DNA of 64,000 nucleotides from SAR324 cluster bacterium (GTDB lineage Bacteria; SAR324; XYD2-FULL-50-16). A program made the position numbers and the translations under genes. This document shows positions 1-8,439 of this stretch, piece by piece; the stretch's first letter is position 1; the number at the start of each line of letters is the position of its first letter. Below the pieces are notes generated by a model, which made no database searches, was not told the origin of the DNA, and saw only the letters and a list, made by a program, of their open reading frames with translations. The stretch covers positions 12,281-76,280 of the forward strand of contig JANQGZ010000059.1 in the NCBI GenBank assembly GCA_028282825.1, written 5' to 3'.

Positions 1-666
1 CACGGCCTTTGGATGGATCAGTACTTTTCAAGTTATATTCAAAGAGATATTCAACGTTTGTTTCCACGCATTAATCCCCAAACATTTAGACTTTTTATTC
101 AGTCTCTTTCCTTTCATTCAGGTAATATTATTAATCAATCGGAAATCGCCAGAGCACTTGAAGTAAGTTCTGTAACAGCAAAGTCCTACCTTGAAATACT
201 TCATGATACTTTTGTTTGGAGAAATCTGCGTGTTTATGACAGAAACAAAATGAAAAAGGTCCAAAAATCACCAAAAGGATTTTTCCGTGACCAGGGCATT
301 CTCCATCACCTATTGAAGATACAGGATCTGGATAGCCTTTTAATTCATCCATCTGCTGGAACATCATTTGAAGCATTTATTCTCGAAGAGATAATTAGAG
401 GGTTTCAATGTTTAATGAAATCCGGAATTGAATATCACTATTACCGAACAAGAGATAAATCTGAAATTGATTTAATCATTGAAGCTCCTTTTGGCTTGAT
501 TCCCATAGAGGTGAAATTGGGGCACAAAATTACAAAAAGGAGTCTATTTGGTTTGAAGAATTTCTTATCAGATACCAGTGCTTCATTTGGAATCCTCATT
601 AACAATTCCCAAAAGATCGAACTCCTGGCTGACAATATAATCCAAATCCCGGCGATCTACTTTTAA
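1..666 (+). CDS. AAA+ ATPase, C-terminal DUF4143-type part (5' end outside window)
   Basis: The frame is open from base 1, with no stop before the listed Met at 13. Motifs seen: YIQRDI, an HTH-like SEIARALEVSSVTAKSYLEIL, and a PD-(D/E)xK-like core EIDLIIE...IPIEVK. That D-x12-E-x-K core has the same spacing in the paralogues at 2420-3754 and 14670-15983. Confidence 0.75.
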   Translation, partial: HGLWMDQYFSSYIQRDIQRLFPRINPQTFRLFIQSLSFHSGNIINQSEIARALEVSSVTAKSYLEILHDTFVWRNLRVYDRNKMKKVQKSPKGFFRDQGILHHLLKIQDLDSLLIHPSAGTSFEAFILEEIIRGFQCLMKSGIEYHYYRTRDKSEIDLIIEAPFGLIPIEVKLGHKITKRSLFGLKNFLSDTSASFGILINNSQKIELLADNIIQIPAIYF

Positions 667-696
667 GTTCCTTGATTTGAAGGACGGTTATCTCTA

Positions 697-737
697 CATT
701 TTAGATTTTAGATTTACAGGAGGAGTCGCTTTGCGAC
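697..737. repeat. Heptad-repeat/hairpin intergenic element, variant copy
   Basis: TTTTAGA occurs twice in tandem (699-712). It is followed by TTTACAGG and the hairpin GTCGC-TTT-GCGAC (725-737). A second palindrome, GGGGTC..GACCCC, follows at 745-760. The element sits just after the stop of the 1-666 CDS. Confidence 0.6.
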
Positions 738-779
738 GGATTTGGGGGTCGGTCGACCCCAGATCTTCAGGTCTGTGAC

Positions 780-1547
780 TTATTTTGTTGTGAATTTCAG
801 CAAAACGGCAGAAAAGACTAAACCCAGTATGGCAGGACCAAGAACTCCATTGTTAGCAATAATCAATATTCCAACCAGTATATTTTGGTTTTTAAATTGA
901 GAGAAATGCACCCACAATGAGTTGTAAATATATAAATTGACTATCAGAAGCAAACCGCATTCTAAAAAGAACATGCTATTCATCCATTTCCTGCTAAATA
1001 TGCTTTCAGCCTTTGAGATTGAGAGGATGGTTACTCCAAGAATCGTCCCGATTCCAATGAGCAAGTATTTAATCAGGGGACTTGGTTCTTCTGTCTTTTC
1101 GTCCTGTTCACTTTCCTCAAAAGCGTCATGTGCTGAACTAACCTTTGGAAGATGTTTGGGTACCAAAGCCTTGAGTCCTAAAATACTGCTACTGATTTCG
1201 ACTGCCCATCCTGTTTTTAACTTACCTGCCATCCAACCGGAAAGAGTCCCGCTTGGACACCCTTTGGAACCAATAATATCTTTTTCATCAAAACTCACTC
1301 GATACCATATTTCTCCGTTAAAAAGATTTAGCTCGTCATATGCTATGAATTTAGATCCAACACCAATTGAACAGATTACATTGCCAAGCTGATAAGACAA
1401 TGAAGAGGTTTTCGGAGGCCCTGTTCTCAATATTAAATTTCTGCCGGAAGGATTAATAATTTCACCGTGTTTTGGAAAGCCAACTCCCTTGGCTGAAGCC
1501 GGAATTGATAAGATAAAAATTAATACGAACAATAATCTCGCTAGCAT
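780..1547 (-). CDS. Hypothetical exported/membrane protein (N-terminal signal peptide, C-terminal TM helices, possible SH3b-like region)
   Basis: 255-aa ORF. The hydrophobic N-terminus MLARLLFVLIFILSIPASA looks like a signal peptide. GEIWYRVSF resembles a bacterial SH3 strand. There are three hydrophobic segments at the C-terminus. No specific family recognised. Confidence 0.5.
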   Translation of the reverse strand: MLARLLFVLIFILSIPASAKGVGFPKHGEIINPSGRNLILRTGPPKTSSLSYQLGNVICSIGVGSKFIAYDELNLFNGEIWYRVSFDEKDIIGSKGCPSGTLSGWMAGKLKTGWAVEISSSILGLKALVPKHLPKVSSAHDAFEESEQDEKTEEPSPLIKYLLIGIGTILGVTILSISKAESIFSRKWMNSMFFLECGLLLIVNLYIYNSLWVHFSQFKNQNILVGILIIANNGVLGPAILGLVFSAVLLKFTTK

Positions 1548-1650
1548 TTTGATTTTCCTTTTGTTTTGAGCCCAGCAATTAATAGGATAGAAATTGATTT
1601 TGCTTTGGCAGAGTACAAACTTTGGGTAAGAAAGTCAAAAGGTTAACAAC

Positions 1651-1695
1651 AGTTATCGGATTTTGGTTATCAGGTGCTTCGTGTTGCTTCGCAAC
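1651..1695. repeat. Heptad-repeat/hairpin intergenic element
   Basis: 7-nt periodic GTTATCG GATTTTG GTTATCA GGTGCTT, followed by the core hairpin GTTGC-TTC-GCAAC (1683-1695). Confidence 0.6.
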
Positions 1696-1728
1696 GATTA
1701 GAGGAAGATTGTGAATATATGTAGGCTG

Positions 1729-2396
1729 TTAAAGTAGTTTGGGTTTAAAAATGGGTAAAGGCTTCCAAGTAATGAATGGTTTTAGCCTTTGTTTATAGCG
1801 TCCGAGGTCATCGTAATAAATAACATCATAGACATCCTGTTCTTCGGGGAAACTCTGATTGGCTCGGTGCAGACTACGATAACCGGGCACAACGCCGATG
1901 TTATCCAAACCTAAAAGTCTTTTCCTGATACCTTCAGGATCATGTATTGAAATTGGCAGCTTTACTTTTTGAATGGCTAAAAACATTGAAACAGTTTCCT
2001 TCAGCCTGCTAATAGAATCTCCACACAATTCAATTATAAATGATTCTTTTTCCCATGAATTGGTCGGTAAACAGCAAGGTCGATGTTGAAATAGCCGGAT
2101 TCTACCAGCTTGATGAATTGACGACTCTTGTTCTTTCCTAGTTCTTTGTCAATTCTTCTGAATTCTATGAGTGATTCCCTGACCAAAGAGTTGGGGACGA
2201 TGCCAACTCTGCAATTTAGAGGATAGGATTCATGACTTTTTTTGTTTGCTTTGATCCAGTTTTTTCTTACCTCTTTAAACCAGTTAAGCATTGCTGTAAT
2301 CAGTGAGGGCCAAACTTTCTCAGGATCATCTCGACCCGTTTCATTCCAATTATACCCTCCTGAGTTTGTCGCTTCAATCTTACCAGAGCTAGTCAC
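1729..2396 (-). pseudogene. Gene of unknown function split by a frameshift in an A5 run (listed ORFs 2034-2396 and 1729-2028)
   Basis: The frame of the downstream ORF stays open upstream across the stop of the first ORF. On the coding strand, CAT GGG AAA AAG AAT CAT TTA TAA changes to ..GGG AAA AAA GAA TCA TTT ATA ATT GAA TTG TGT.. if one A is added. The run is T5 on the + strand at 2047-2051. The fused product is about 222 aa. The gene starts 23 nt after the ATPase stop on the same strand. Confidence 0.45.
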
Positions 2397-2419
2397 CTCC
2401 AGTGAGCAGTTTTTGCCAT

Positions 2420-3754
2420 TTAATAGATAGAATCCGGAATTGAAAGTTTTTCATCAAAACCTTCCATCGCCCAAAGGGGAATAGAAAGTAGTCCATGTTC
2501 AAAATCAAAGTCATTAAGAGACAATCTTACACTAAATGGAGATTCGTTTTCCTTGGTAAATTGTAGAAGACTTTTTAGTGTTCCGGCTTTTCCAGCTTTG
2601 ACTTCGATAGGAACAATCTGATTTTTATACTGATAGACATAGTCAATCTCAGCCAGGCTACCTTTTTTCATGCGATTCCAATAGTACAAGTCAGGTTCCT
2701 CAAACCAGTCGTGAAGAGTCATCATCTGTTGCCCTGCAAATTGTTCGGCCACTGCGCCACGATATACACTCAAAAGATTATTATCTTTGTAACCGTTTGA
2801 TGAGATCCCAAGAATCCGCTGCATAAGCCCAACATCCAAAAAAAGTACTTTAAACAAATTTTCTTTTCGGTAGACAGTAAATGGCAAGCCCTTACCTGAA
2901 GTTGCAAACACTCTTTTAACGATTCCAGCTTTTTCCAATAATACCAGTGCCTTTTTGATCGCTTCAGATTTAGAACTTTGGTCTACATTCACATATTTAA
3001 ATTTCTGCCCCACCATTGCAGGGGTAGTTTGGAAAACCCTTTCAATTAATTCCGAAGAGATACGGGATTTGTACTTTCCAAAATCCTGCCGATAGGTTTG
3101 AAGAATTGAAAGTTGCTCTCTTTTTACGAGTTCAATGTCTTCTTTTACGACCATGGCTTCAACAGCTCTAGGCATTCCGCCGCAGAAGCAGTAGTCGATC
3201 AATAGCTTCTCCAGTTTTTCCTGCAGAGATTTGTTGACTTTATTCCTGACTTTTAAAGTCACACAAAATTCCCTTAAATCCTCCATTTTGGAAGCGGTAA
3301 GAAACTCTCCGAATGTAAGAGGATGCATAAAAAGAAATTCAATTCTACCCACTGGCACCTTAAGAATCTGATCGTTGAGGACAAAATCAAGAAGTGATCC
3401 GGCACAAATGATATGTAACTCTGACATTTGTTCAAAAAAATATCTCAATGAAGTTATTGCATTTGGACAATCCTGAATCTCATCTAAAAACAATAGTGTC
3501 TTACCGGGAGTGATATTTTGGTTCAAGTTCAAGCTGATCAACTTAACAATTTCTTTTGGAACTAATGATTCAAAAACCAATTTTAATTCAGGCTGCTGCT
3601 CAAAATTAATCTCCACAAAAGACTCAAAGTGATTCATCCCTAAGTCTCTAACTACCCAGGTTTTACCTATTTGTCTGGCTCCACGAATTATCAACGGCTT
3701 TCTGGAATCAGCTTTTTTCCAGTCTACAAGAATGTTTGAAATATCCCTTTTCAT
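2420..3754 (-). CDS. AAA+ ATPase with C-terminal DUF4143-type PD-(D/E)xK-like domain
   Basis: Walker A RGARQIGKT and Walker B LLFLDEIQ are present, with AEIDYVYQYKNQIVPIEVKAGK at the C-terminus. I chose the start at MKRDISNILVDWKK (3754) by alignment with the paralogue start MKRTLEKLLLDWQK. The listed ORF extends to 3784. Confidence 0.85.
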   Translation of the reverse strand: MKRDISNILVDWKKADSRKPLIIRGARQIGKTWVVRDLGMNHFESFVEINFEQQPELKLVFESLVPKEIVKLISLNLNQNITPGKTLLFLDEIQDCPNAITSLRYFFEQMSELHIICAGSLLDFVLNDQILKVPVGRIEFLFMHPLTFGEFLTASKMEDLREFCVTLKVRNKVNKSLQEKLEKLLIDYCFCGGMPRAVEAMVVKEDIELVKREQLSILQTYRQDFGKYKSRISSELIERVFQTTPAMVGQKFKYVNVDQSSKSEAIKKALVLLEKAGIVKRVFATSGKGLPFTVYRKENLFKVLFLDVGLMQRILGISSNGYKDNNLLSVYRGAVAEQFAGQQMMTLHDWFEEPDLYYWNRMKKGSLAEIDYVYQYKNQIVPIEVKAGKAGTLKSLLQFTKENESPFSVRLSLNDFDFEHGLLSIPLWAMEGFDEKLSIPDSIY

Positions 3755-3851
3755 GACTTGGTCCTTAGATGACAAGTAAAACACTCGACTAAGTCGGCTT
3801 TTTTATGGGTTATTATGGCGATTAAGTCGGTTTTTTTCAAGGATGTTTTTA

Positions 3852-3905
3852 TATTTTAGATTGATGATTTTAGATCACTACATTTTAGATTATAGATTTT
3901 AGACC
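3852..3905. repeat. Run of TTTTAGA-type heptads (left half of an interrupted heptad/hairpin element)
   Basis: TTTTAGA occurs at 3854, 3868, 3883 and 3897, spaced 14-15 nt apart. The expected TTTACGGGTGG..GTTGCTTCGCAAC tail appears only at 4239-4271, after a 334-bp insertion. Confidence 0.55.
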
Positions 3906-4238
3906 TGAGTCTACTCCTAAAAGTTATTTAATGCTTAATTTGCGATTCAATTGAAATTGTGAATCCCTGTTATGCCGGACTTGATCCCACAAGCGTTTAA
4001 ATAAGGGTTTTTTGGAATGCAATTCAAACGGTAGGGCGGGGCTACGACCCCGCCAACAGGCGAGTTCCTTGGCGGCCACGTAGGGCCGCCCTACCGTTCG
4101 TTACCAGATATAATCAGAATTTTGCCTTATTTAAGCGCTTATGGGACTTGATCCGGCATCCGCGGGAACGTACAAAAAGAGTGGATTCCGGGTCAAGCCC
4201 GGAATGACTAATAAAAACACTTTTTGGAGCGGACTCAG
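3905..4238. mobile_element. MITE-like non-autonomous insertion with ~20-bp terminal inverted repeats
   Basis: The left end is CTGAGTCTACTCCTAAAAGT (3905-3924). The reverse complement of the right end (4219-4238) is CTGAGTCCGCTCCAAAAAGT, matching at 17 of 20 positions. The element has no ORF and consists of nested palindromes. It splits a heptad/hairpin element into two halves. I saw no clear target-site duplication. Confidence 0.45.
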
Positions 4239-4271
4239 ATCATAGATTTACGGGTGGCGTTGCTTCGCAAC
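4239..4271. repeat. Heptad-repeat/hairpin element, right half with core hairpin
   Basis: ATCATAGATTTACGGGTGGC, followed by GTTGC-TTC-GCAAC (4259-4271). Confidence 0.6.
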
Positions 4272-4502
4272 GGTGGTAAATTCTTTTAGATTGAAAATGC
4301 CTTTTGCTGAACAATGTAAATTTGAAGGTAGCATTCAGACATGCATAGTTACAGGTTCAGTCTCTACTGTCTATTTCCTTCAAATTGAGTTAAACAGGTA
4401 TACAGTGATGGGGTTTTCCGGATAACTGGACACTGTAGGCCCCCACAGCCAAAACGTCATCCTCTCCGACTACATCAATGCGATATCCAGGGTAATTGTT
4501 TA

Positions 4503-5687
4503 ATGGAAAATTCTTTCACTTTCCGACTGCAGATCATAGTGTTTGGGCTTGTATCAGTCGCATTTACCAATTTATATGTTACACAGCCTGTCCTTCCTGT
4601 CCTGCAACAAGAGTTCTCGGTGGATCTGGTTTTGGTGTCTTTGACAGTTTCATCGGTAATTCTGGGCATCACCCTATCCAATTTACCTTTTGGATTTCTT
4701 TCTGACCGACTGTCAGTTCATCCCATTATTTTAACAGGAGGCACGATAGTATCTATCGGGGGACTCGTTTGCGCATTCACAGGTGAGATGTGGATTTTAA
4801 TCAGTGCCCGATTTATCCAGGGTCTGTTTATCCCTTCCCTGACAACCTGTTTGGCCGCATATCTTGCCAAGACTCTCCCGATTGAACGGTTAAATGTGGT
4901 AATGGGATCTTATGTTTCGGCAACTGTACTTGGAGGGCTATCCGGTCGCTTGTTTGGTGGATGGATTCACCCCCCTTTGCACTGGCGTTACGCTTTTATA
5001 ACTGTCAGCATCCTCACATTTTTAACGACAATCATTGCAGTAAAGTGGTTACCCAAATATAGAATCAACTCCGGTGGAGTAAGAGACAATATTGGTTTCT
5101 TTCAAATCGTTACGCAGTGGAAATTGTTAAGAATTTTTCTTTGTGCCACGGGAAGCTTTGCTATTTTCTCATCAGTTTTCAACTATCTTCCCTATCGATT
5201 ATCAGAATCGCAATTTGGGTTTTCAACAGAAGTGACCACCCTTTTTTACCTGGTTTATGTGGTAGGTATCTTTATAGGTCCTATAACAGGTCGCGTGAGT
5301 AATCGATTTGGCAGCGGAAATACCTTGGTAGGCGGCAGCATCATACTTGCCTGTGCTTTGGTCATCCTTTATTTACCCTTCGTTGTTTCAGTTGTTATTG
5401 GTTTAATTCTCATTTGTGCAGGATTTTTCACAGTGCATTCCGCCGCAGTAGGCGCACTAAATCGAAAACTGAGTAGCGGGCAGGGGCGTGCAAATGCTTT
5501 ATACGTCTTGTTTTACTATATTGGTGGCTGGCTCGGAATAACCGGAGCCGGGTTAGCTTACAAGTGGGGTGGTTGGTCTACATTGATGCAGCTTACATTT
5601 GTGCTGGTGATTATTCCTTTTAGTGCAGGTTTAGGTGAGCGCAGATCAATCGACTTTGTCGATGATGTCCCGGGAAGAGTTCAATAA
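4503..5687 (+). CDS. MFS transporter
   Basis: 394 aa with about 12 hydrophobic segments. The loop motif GFLSDRLSVHP after TM2 is MFS-like. Confidence 0.8.
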   Translation: MENSFTFRLQIIVFGLVSVAFTNLYVTQPVLPVLQQEFSVDLVLVSLTVSSVILGITLSNLPFGFLSDRLSVHPIILTGGTIVSIGGLVCAFTGEMWILISARFIQGLFIPSLTTCLAAYLAKTLPIERLNVVMGSYVSATVLGGLSGRLFGGWIHPPLHWRYAFITVSILTFLTTIIAVKWLPKYRINSGGVRDNIGFFQIVTQWKLLRIFLCATGSFAIFSSVFNYLPYRLSESQFGFSTEVTTLFYLVYVVGIFIGPITGRVSNRFGSGNTLVGGSIILACALVILYLPFVVSVVIGLILICAGFFTVHSAAVGALNRKLSSGQGRANALYVLFYYIGGWLGITGAGLAYKWGGWSTLMQLTFVLVIIPFSAGLGERRSIDFVDDVPGRVQ

Positions 5688-5784
5688 CCAGGGGGCACTT
5701 GGGGCCAATAAAAGTTACAGCAACATCAATTTATAAACGCATATCGAAAAAATCAATAGAAGCAACTGGAACGATTGATTATTC

Positions 5785-5802
5785 TTATTGGACTTATTGG
5801 AC
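5785..5802 (+). promoter_or_regulatory. Abutting tandem 9-mers TTATTGGAC x2 upstream of pstS (possible regulator site)
   Basis: An exact direct repeat 68 nt upstream of the pstS start. It does not match the E. coli Pho-box consensus, so the assignment is speculative. Confidence 0.2.
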
Positions 5803-5869
5803 GGATAAAAAATACGATAATCGGATTCGCACGATATTTTGATTTTATAAACAGTTCAATGAGGTCGAT

Positions 5870-6700
5870 ATGATGAAATCGGTTATGGCAATTTTGTTGA
5901 TGGGATTCTGCTCTTTAGTACTGACAATTCCGGCTACGGCAGATGATCTTTCATCTTTTGATGGAGAATCGGGGACAGTAAAGATATCGGGAGGAACGGC
6001 ACATATCCCTGTGATGAAAGAAGCTGCCAAAAAAATTATGATGTACAATTCAGATATCCGGATCAGTATTGCTGGGGGCGGTTCCGGTGCCGGAATCAAG
6101 CAGGTCGGAGAGAAGCTGGTGGATATCGGAAACTCGGGAAGGAAACCCACAGCTGAAGAAATTTCGAGGTACAATCTGAAACTATTCAAATGGGCGGTTG
6201 ACGGGGTTGGGATTGTGATAAATCCGGAAAATCCGGTAACCGATCTGACTCAGCAACAGTTGAAAGATGTGTTTGCAGGTAAAATCGCCAATTGGTCCGA
6301 ACTTGGCTGGAAAAACAAAACAATCAATCTTTACACCAGGGATGCGGCCAGTGGAACCCGCTCCGTATTCTGGAAAAAGGCCTTGAAAAAAGGAGAGATC
6401 TCGTCGCACGCGAATTTTGTCGTTTCCAACGGCGCCATGAAAACTGCTGTGGCAGGAGACCCGTATGCGATCGGCTATGTTTCGGTAGGGCATATTGACC
6501 GAAGCGTGAAGCCGGTTATTCTTGATGGTGTGTTCCCCTCCCTCGAAAATGTAAAACAAGGCACATATAAAGTGGCAAGAGGGCTTTACAGCAATACCAG
6601 CAGCCAGCCAACGGGTCTGACCAAAAAGCTGATCGATTATTTATTCAGCCAATCGGCAAAAACCATTATCTCAAAAAAGGGATTCATTCCGGTTGATTGA
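5870..6700 (+). CDS. pstS: Phosphate ABC transporter substrate-binding protein (PstS family)
   Basis: Signal peptide present. The GGGSGAGIKQV...VDIGNSGR motif is typical of PstS-type binding proteins. The gene is followed by pstC, pstA and pstB. Confidence 0.8.
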   Translation: MMKSVMAILLMGFCSLVLTIPATADDLSSFDGESGTVKISGGTAHIPVMKEAAKKIMMYNSDIRISIAGGGSGAGIKQVGEKLVDIGNSGRKPTAEEISRYNLKLFKWAVDGVGIVINPENPVTDLTQQQLKDVFAGKIANWSELGWKNKTINLYTRDAASGTRSVFWKKALKKGEISSHANFVVSNGAMKTAVAGDPYAIGYVSVGHIDRSVKPVILDGVFPSLENVKQGTYKVARGLYSNTSSQPTGLTKKLIDYLFSQSAKTIISKKGFIPVD

Positions 6701-7554
6701 TGAAAGGCGAAAAACAGGTCCAGTCATTATTTTTTGCAACAGCGGTTTTAAGCGCCATCGTTACGCTGTTGATTTTTGTTTTTATGGTCGTTCTCGGATT
6801 CCCGCATGTTCAAAGCGGATCCTTTTTTAAGTTGCTGGTTAGTCCCTGGTCCCCGGACCAGGGGTTGTACGGCATATTCCCCATGATTGTCGGTACGACC
6901 TATATAGCGGCTCTTTCGACCTTGTTTGCCTTTTTTCTTAGTTTTGGAAGCGCTTCTTTCATCAGCGTCCTGGGCCCTGAAAAACCGGCCAACGTCATGA
7001 TGGGCGTTGTTCAATTTATGACCGGTATTCCCACGGTTGTTTATGGTTTTGTGGGTGTCTTTTTATTGGTACCCATTGTCCGGGAGTTGTTCGAAAGTGG
7101 TTCCGGCATGTGCATCCTTTCAGCTTCCGCTGTATTGGCACTTTTGGTCTCCCCAACCATGATCCTCATTTTCTGCGATCATTTCTCAAGCGTTCCCCGT
7201 AACTACATCAATGCTGTCGACGCTTTGGGCGGAACACCGGTGCAAAAGCTGCTGTACGTGATTTTACCGTCATCGTTCAGAGGGATGGTCACCGGGTTGA
7301 TTCTCGCTTTCGGAAGAGCCATGGGGGATACACTGGTGGCATTGATGATTGCCGGCAATGCAGTGGCTGTTCCCGATTCCGTGCTGGATTCGGCCAGAAC
7401 ACTGACCGCTCATATTGCCCTGGTTATTGCTGCAGATTTTGAAAGTCTTGAGTTTAAGACACTTTTTATTTGCGGGATTGTCTTGTACGGTTTTACAGCT
7501 CTCGGCATCATCGTTATCCGACTCTTAACTCAATCGAATGGAGGGCAACGATGA
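6697..7554 (+). CDS. pstC: Phosphate ABC transporter permease PstC
   Basis: 285-aa polytopic permease. It overlaps the pstS stop by 4 nt. The EAA-like loop AVDALGGTPVQKLLYVILP is present. Confidence 0.8.
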   Translation: MMKGEKQVQSLFFATAVLSAIVTLLIFVFMVVLGFPHVQSGSFFKLLVSPWSPDQGLYGIFPMIVGTTYIAALSTLFAFFLSFGSASFISVLGPEKPANVMMGVVQFMTGIPTVVYGFVGVFLLVPIVRELFESGSGMCILSASAVLALLVSPTMILIFCDHFSSVPRNYINAVDALGGTPVQKLLYVILPSSFRGMVTGLILAFGRAMGDTLVALMIAGNAVAVPDSVLDSARTLTAHIALVIAADFESLEFKTLFICGIVLYGFTALGIIVIRLLTQSNGGQR

Positions 7555-8435
7555 AAAGAAAACTGATCGATGGCGTGATATCTTTTTATTCATGGTTTTG
7601 CGTGTTGGCAATTGCGGGGGCGATGACGGCGATGCTTGGTTATCTGGTCGCAAACGGATTTCATACGCTGGGGAAAGAGCTTATTTTCGGCGAGGCGAAT
7701 CCGATCGCTGCGATATTGCTGCGTCAACCGGTATTTGATGGGTTGTTTCCTGCCATCGTCGGGACCTTGACACTCATTCTGCTGTCCGTGCTGCTGGCCA
7801 TCCCCCTGGGAATATTGGCCGGTATTTATTTGGCAGAGTTCAGCCGAGGCCCGGTCAAACAATTTTTTAATCTGCTGTTTGACATTCAGGCCGGCATTCC
7901 TTCAATCCTTATTGGATTGTTTGGGTTTTCCGTTGCCGTTTTTTTACATCGGGTATTTGAAGGCAGCATCTATCCCTGCTTGCTGATTTCGGCATGTTCT
8001 CTGGCTTTTCTGGTTCTGCCCTATATCATTCGCACGACCCAGGTTTCTCTGGAAACGCTTCCGGACAGTATCCGTTTAACCGCTCCGGCCCTGGGTGCCA
8101 CAAAGCTGCAGAATATTCTTTATGTGCTGTTGCCGCGCTCGATGAACGGAATCGTCAGCGGCATTGTTCTTTCCATCGGCCGTTGCGCTGAGGATACAGC
8201 GGTGATCATGTTGACCGGTGTCGTGGCGACAGCCGGGATACCCAAATCTTTGTTTGGAAGCTACGAAGCATTGCCGTTCTATATTTACTACATATCTTCA
8301 CAATACTCCGATCAGCAGGAACTGCAGAAAGGTTTTGGTGCTGCTTTGATCCTGCTGGCACTCTGCGGTATGCTTCTGGCCTTGGCGTTGCTGATAAAAA
8401 AGAGGTTCCGATCATCCGATTTTTCGATTTTGTAA
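7551..8435 (+). CDS. pstA: Phosphate ABC transporter permease PstA
   Basis: I chose the start at ATG 7551 (MKRKLIDGV), which overlaps the pstC stop as ATGA. The listed ORF start at 7470 lies inside pstC. The EAA-like loop APALGATKLQNILYVLLP is present. Confidence 0.8.
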   Translation: MKRKLIDGVISFYSWFCVLAIAGAMTAMLGYLVANGFHTLGKELIFGEANPIAAILLRQPVFDGLFPAIVGTLTLILLSVLLAIPLGILAGIYLAEFSRGPVKQFFNLLFDIQAGIPSILIGLFGFSVAVFLHRVFEGSIYPCLLISACSLAFLVLPYIIRTTQVSLETLPDSIRLTAPALGATKLQNILYVLLPRSMNGIVSGIVLSIGRCAEDTAVIMLTGVVATAGIPKSLFGSYEALPFYIYYISSQYSDQQELQKGFGAALILLALCGMLLALALLIKKRFRSSDFSIL

Positions 8436-8439
8436 TCCA

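Noticed and set aside
7470-7550. 5' extension of the pstA ORF
   Set aside because: The extension lies entirely inside pstC. The ATG at 7551 overlaps the pstC stop (ATGA) and gives a normal PstA N-terminus.
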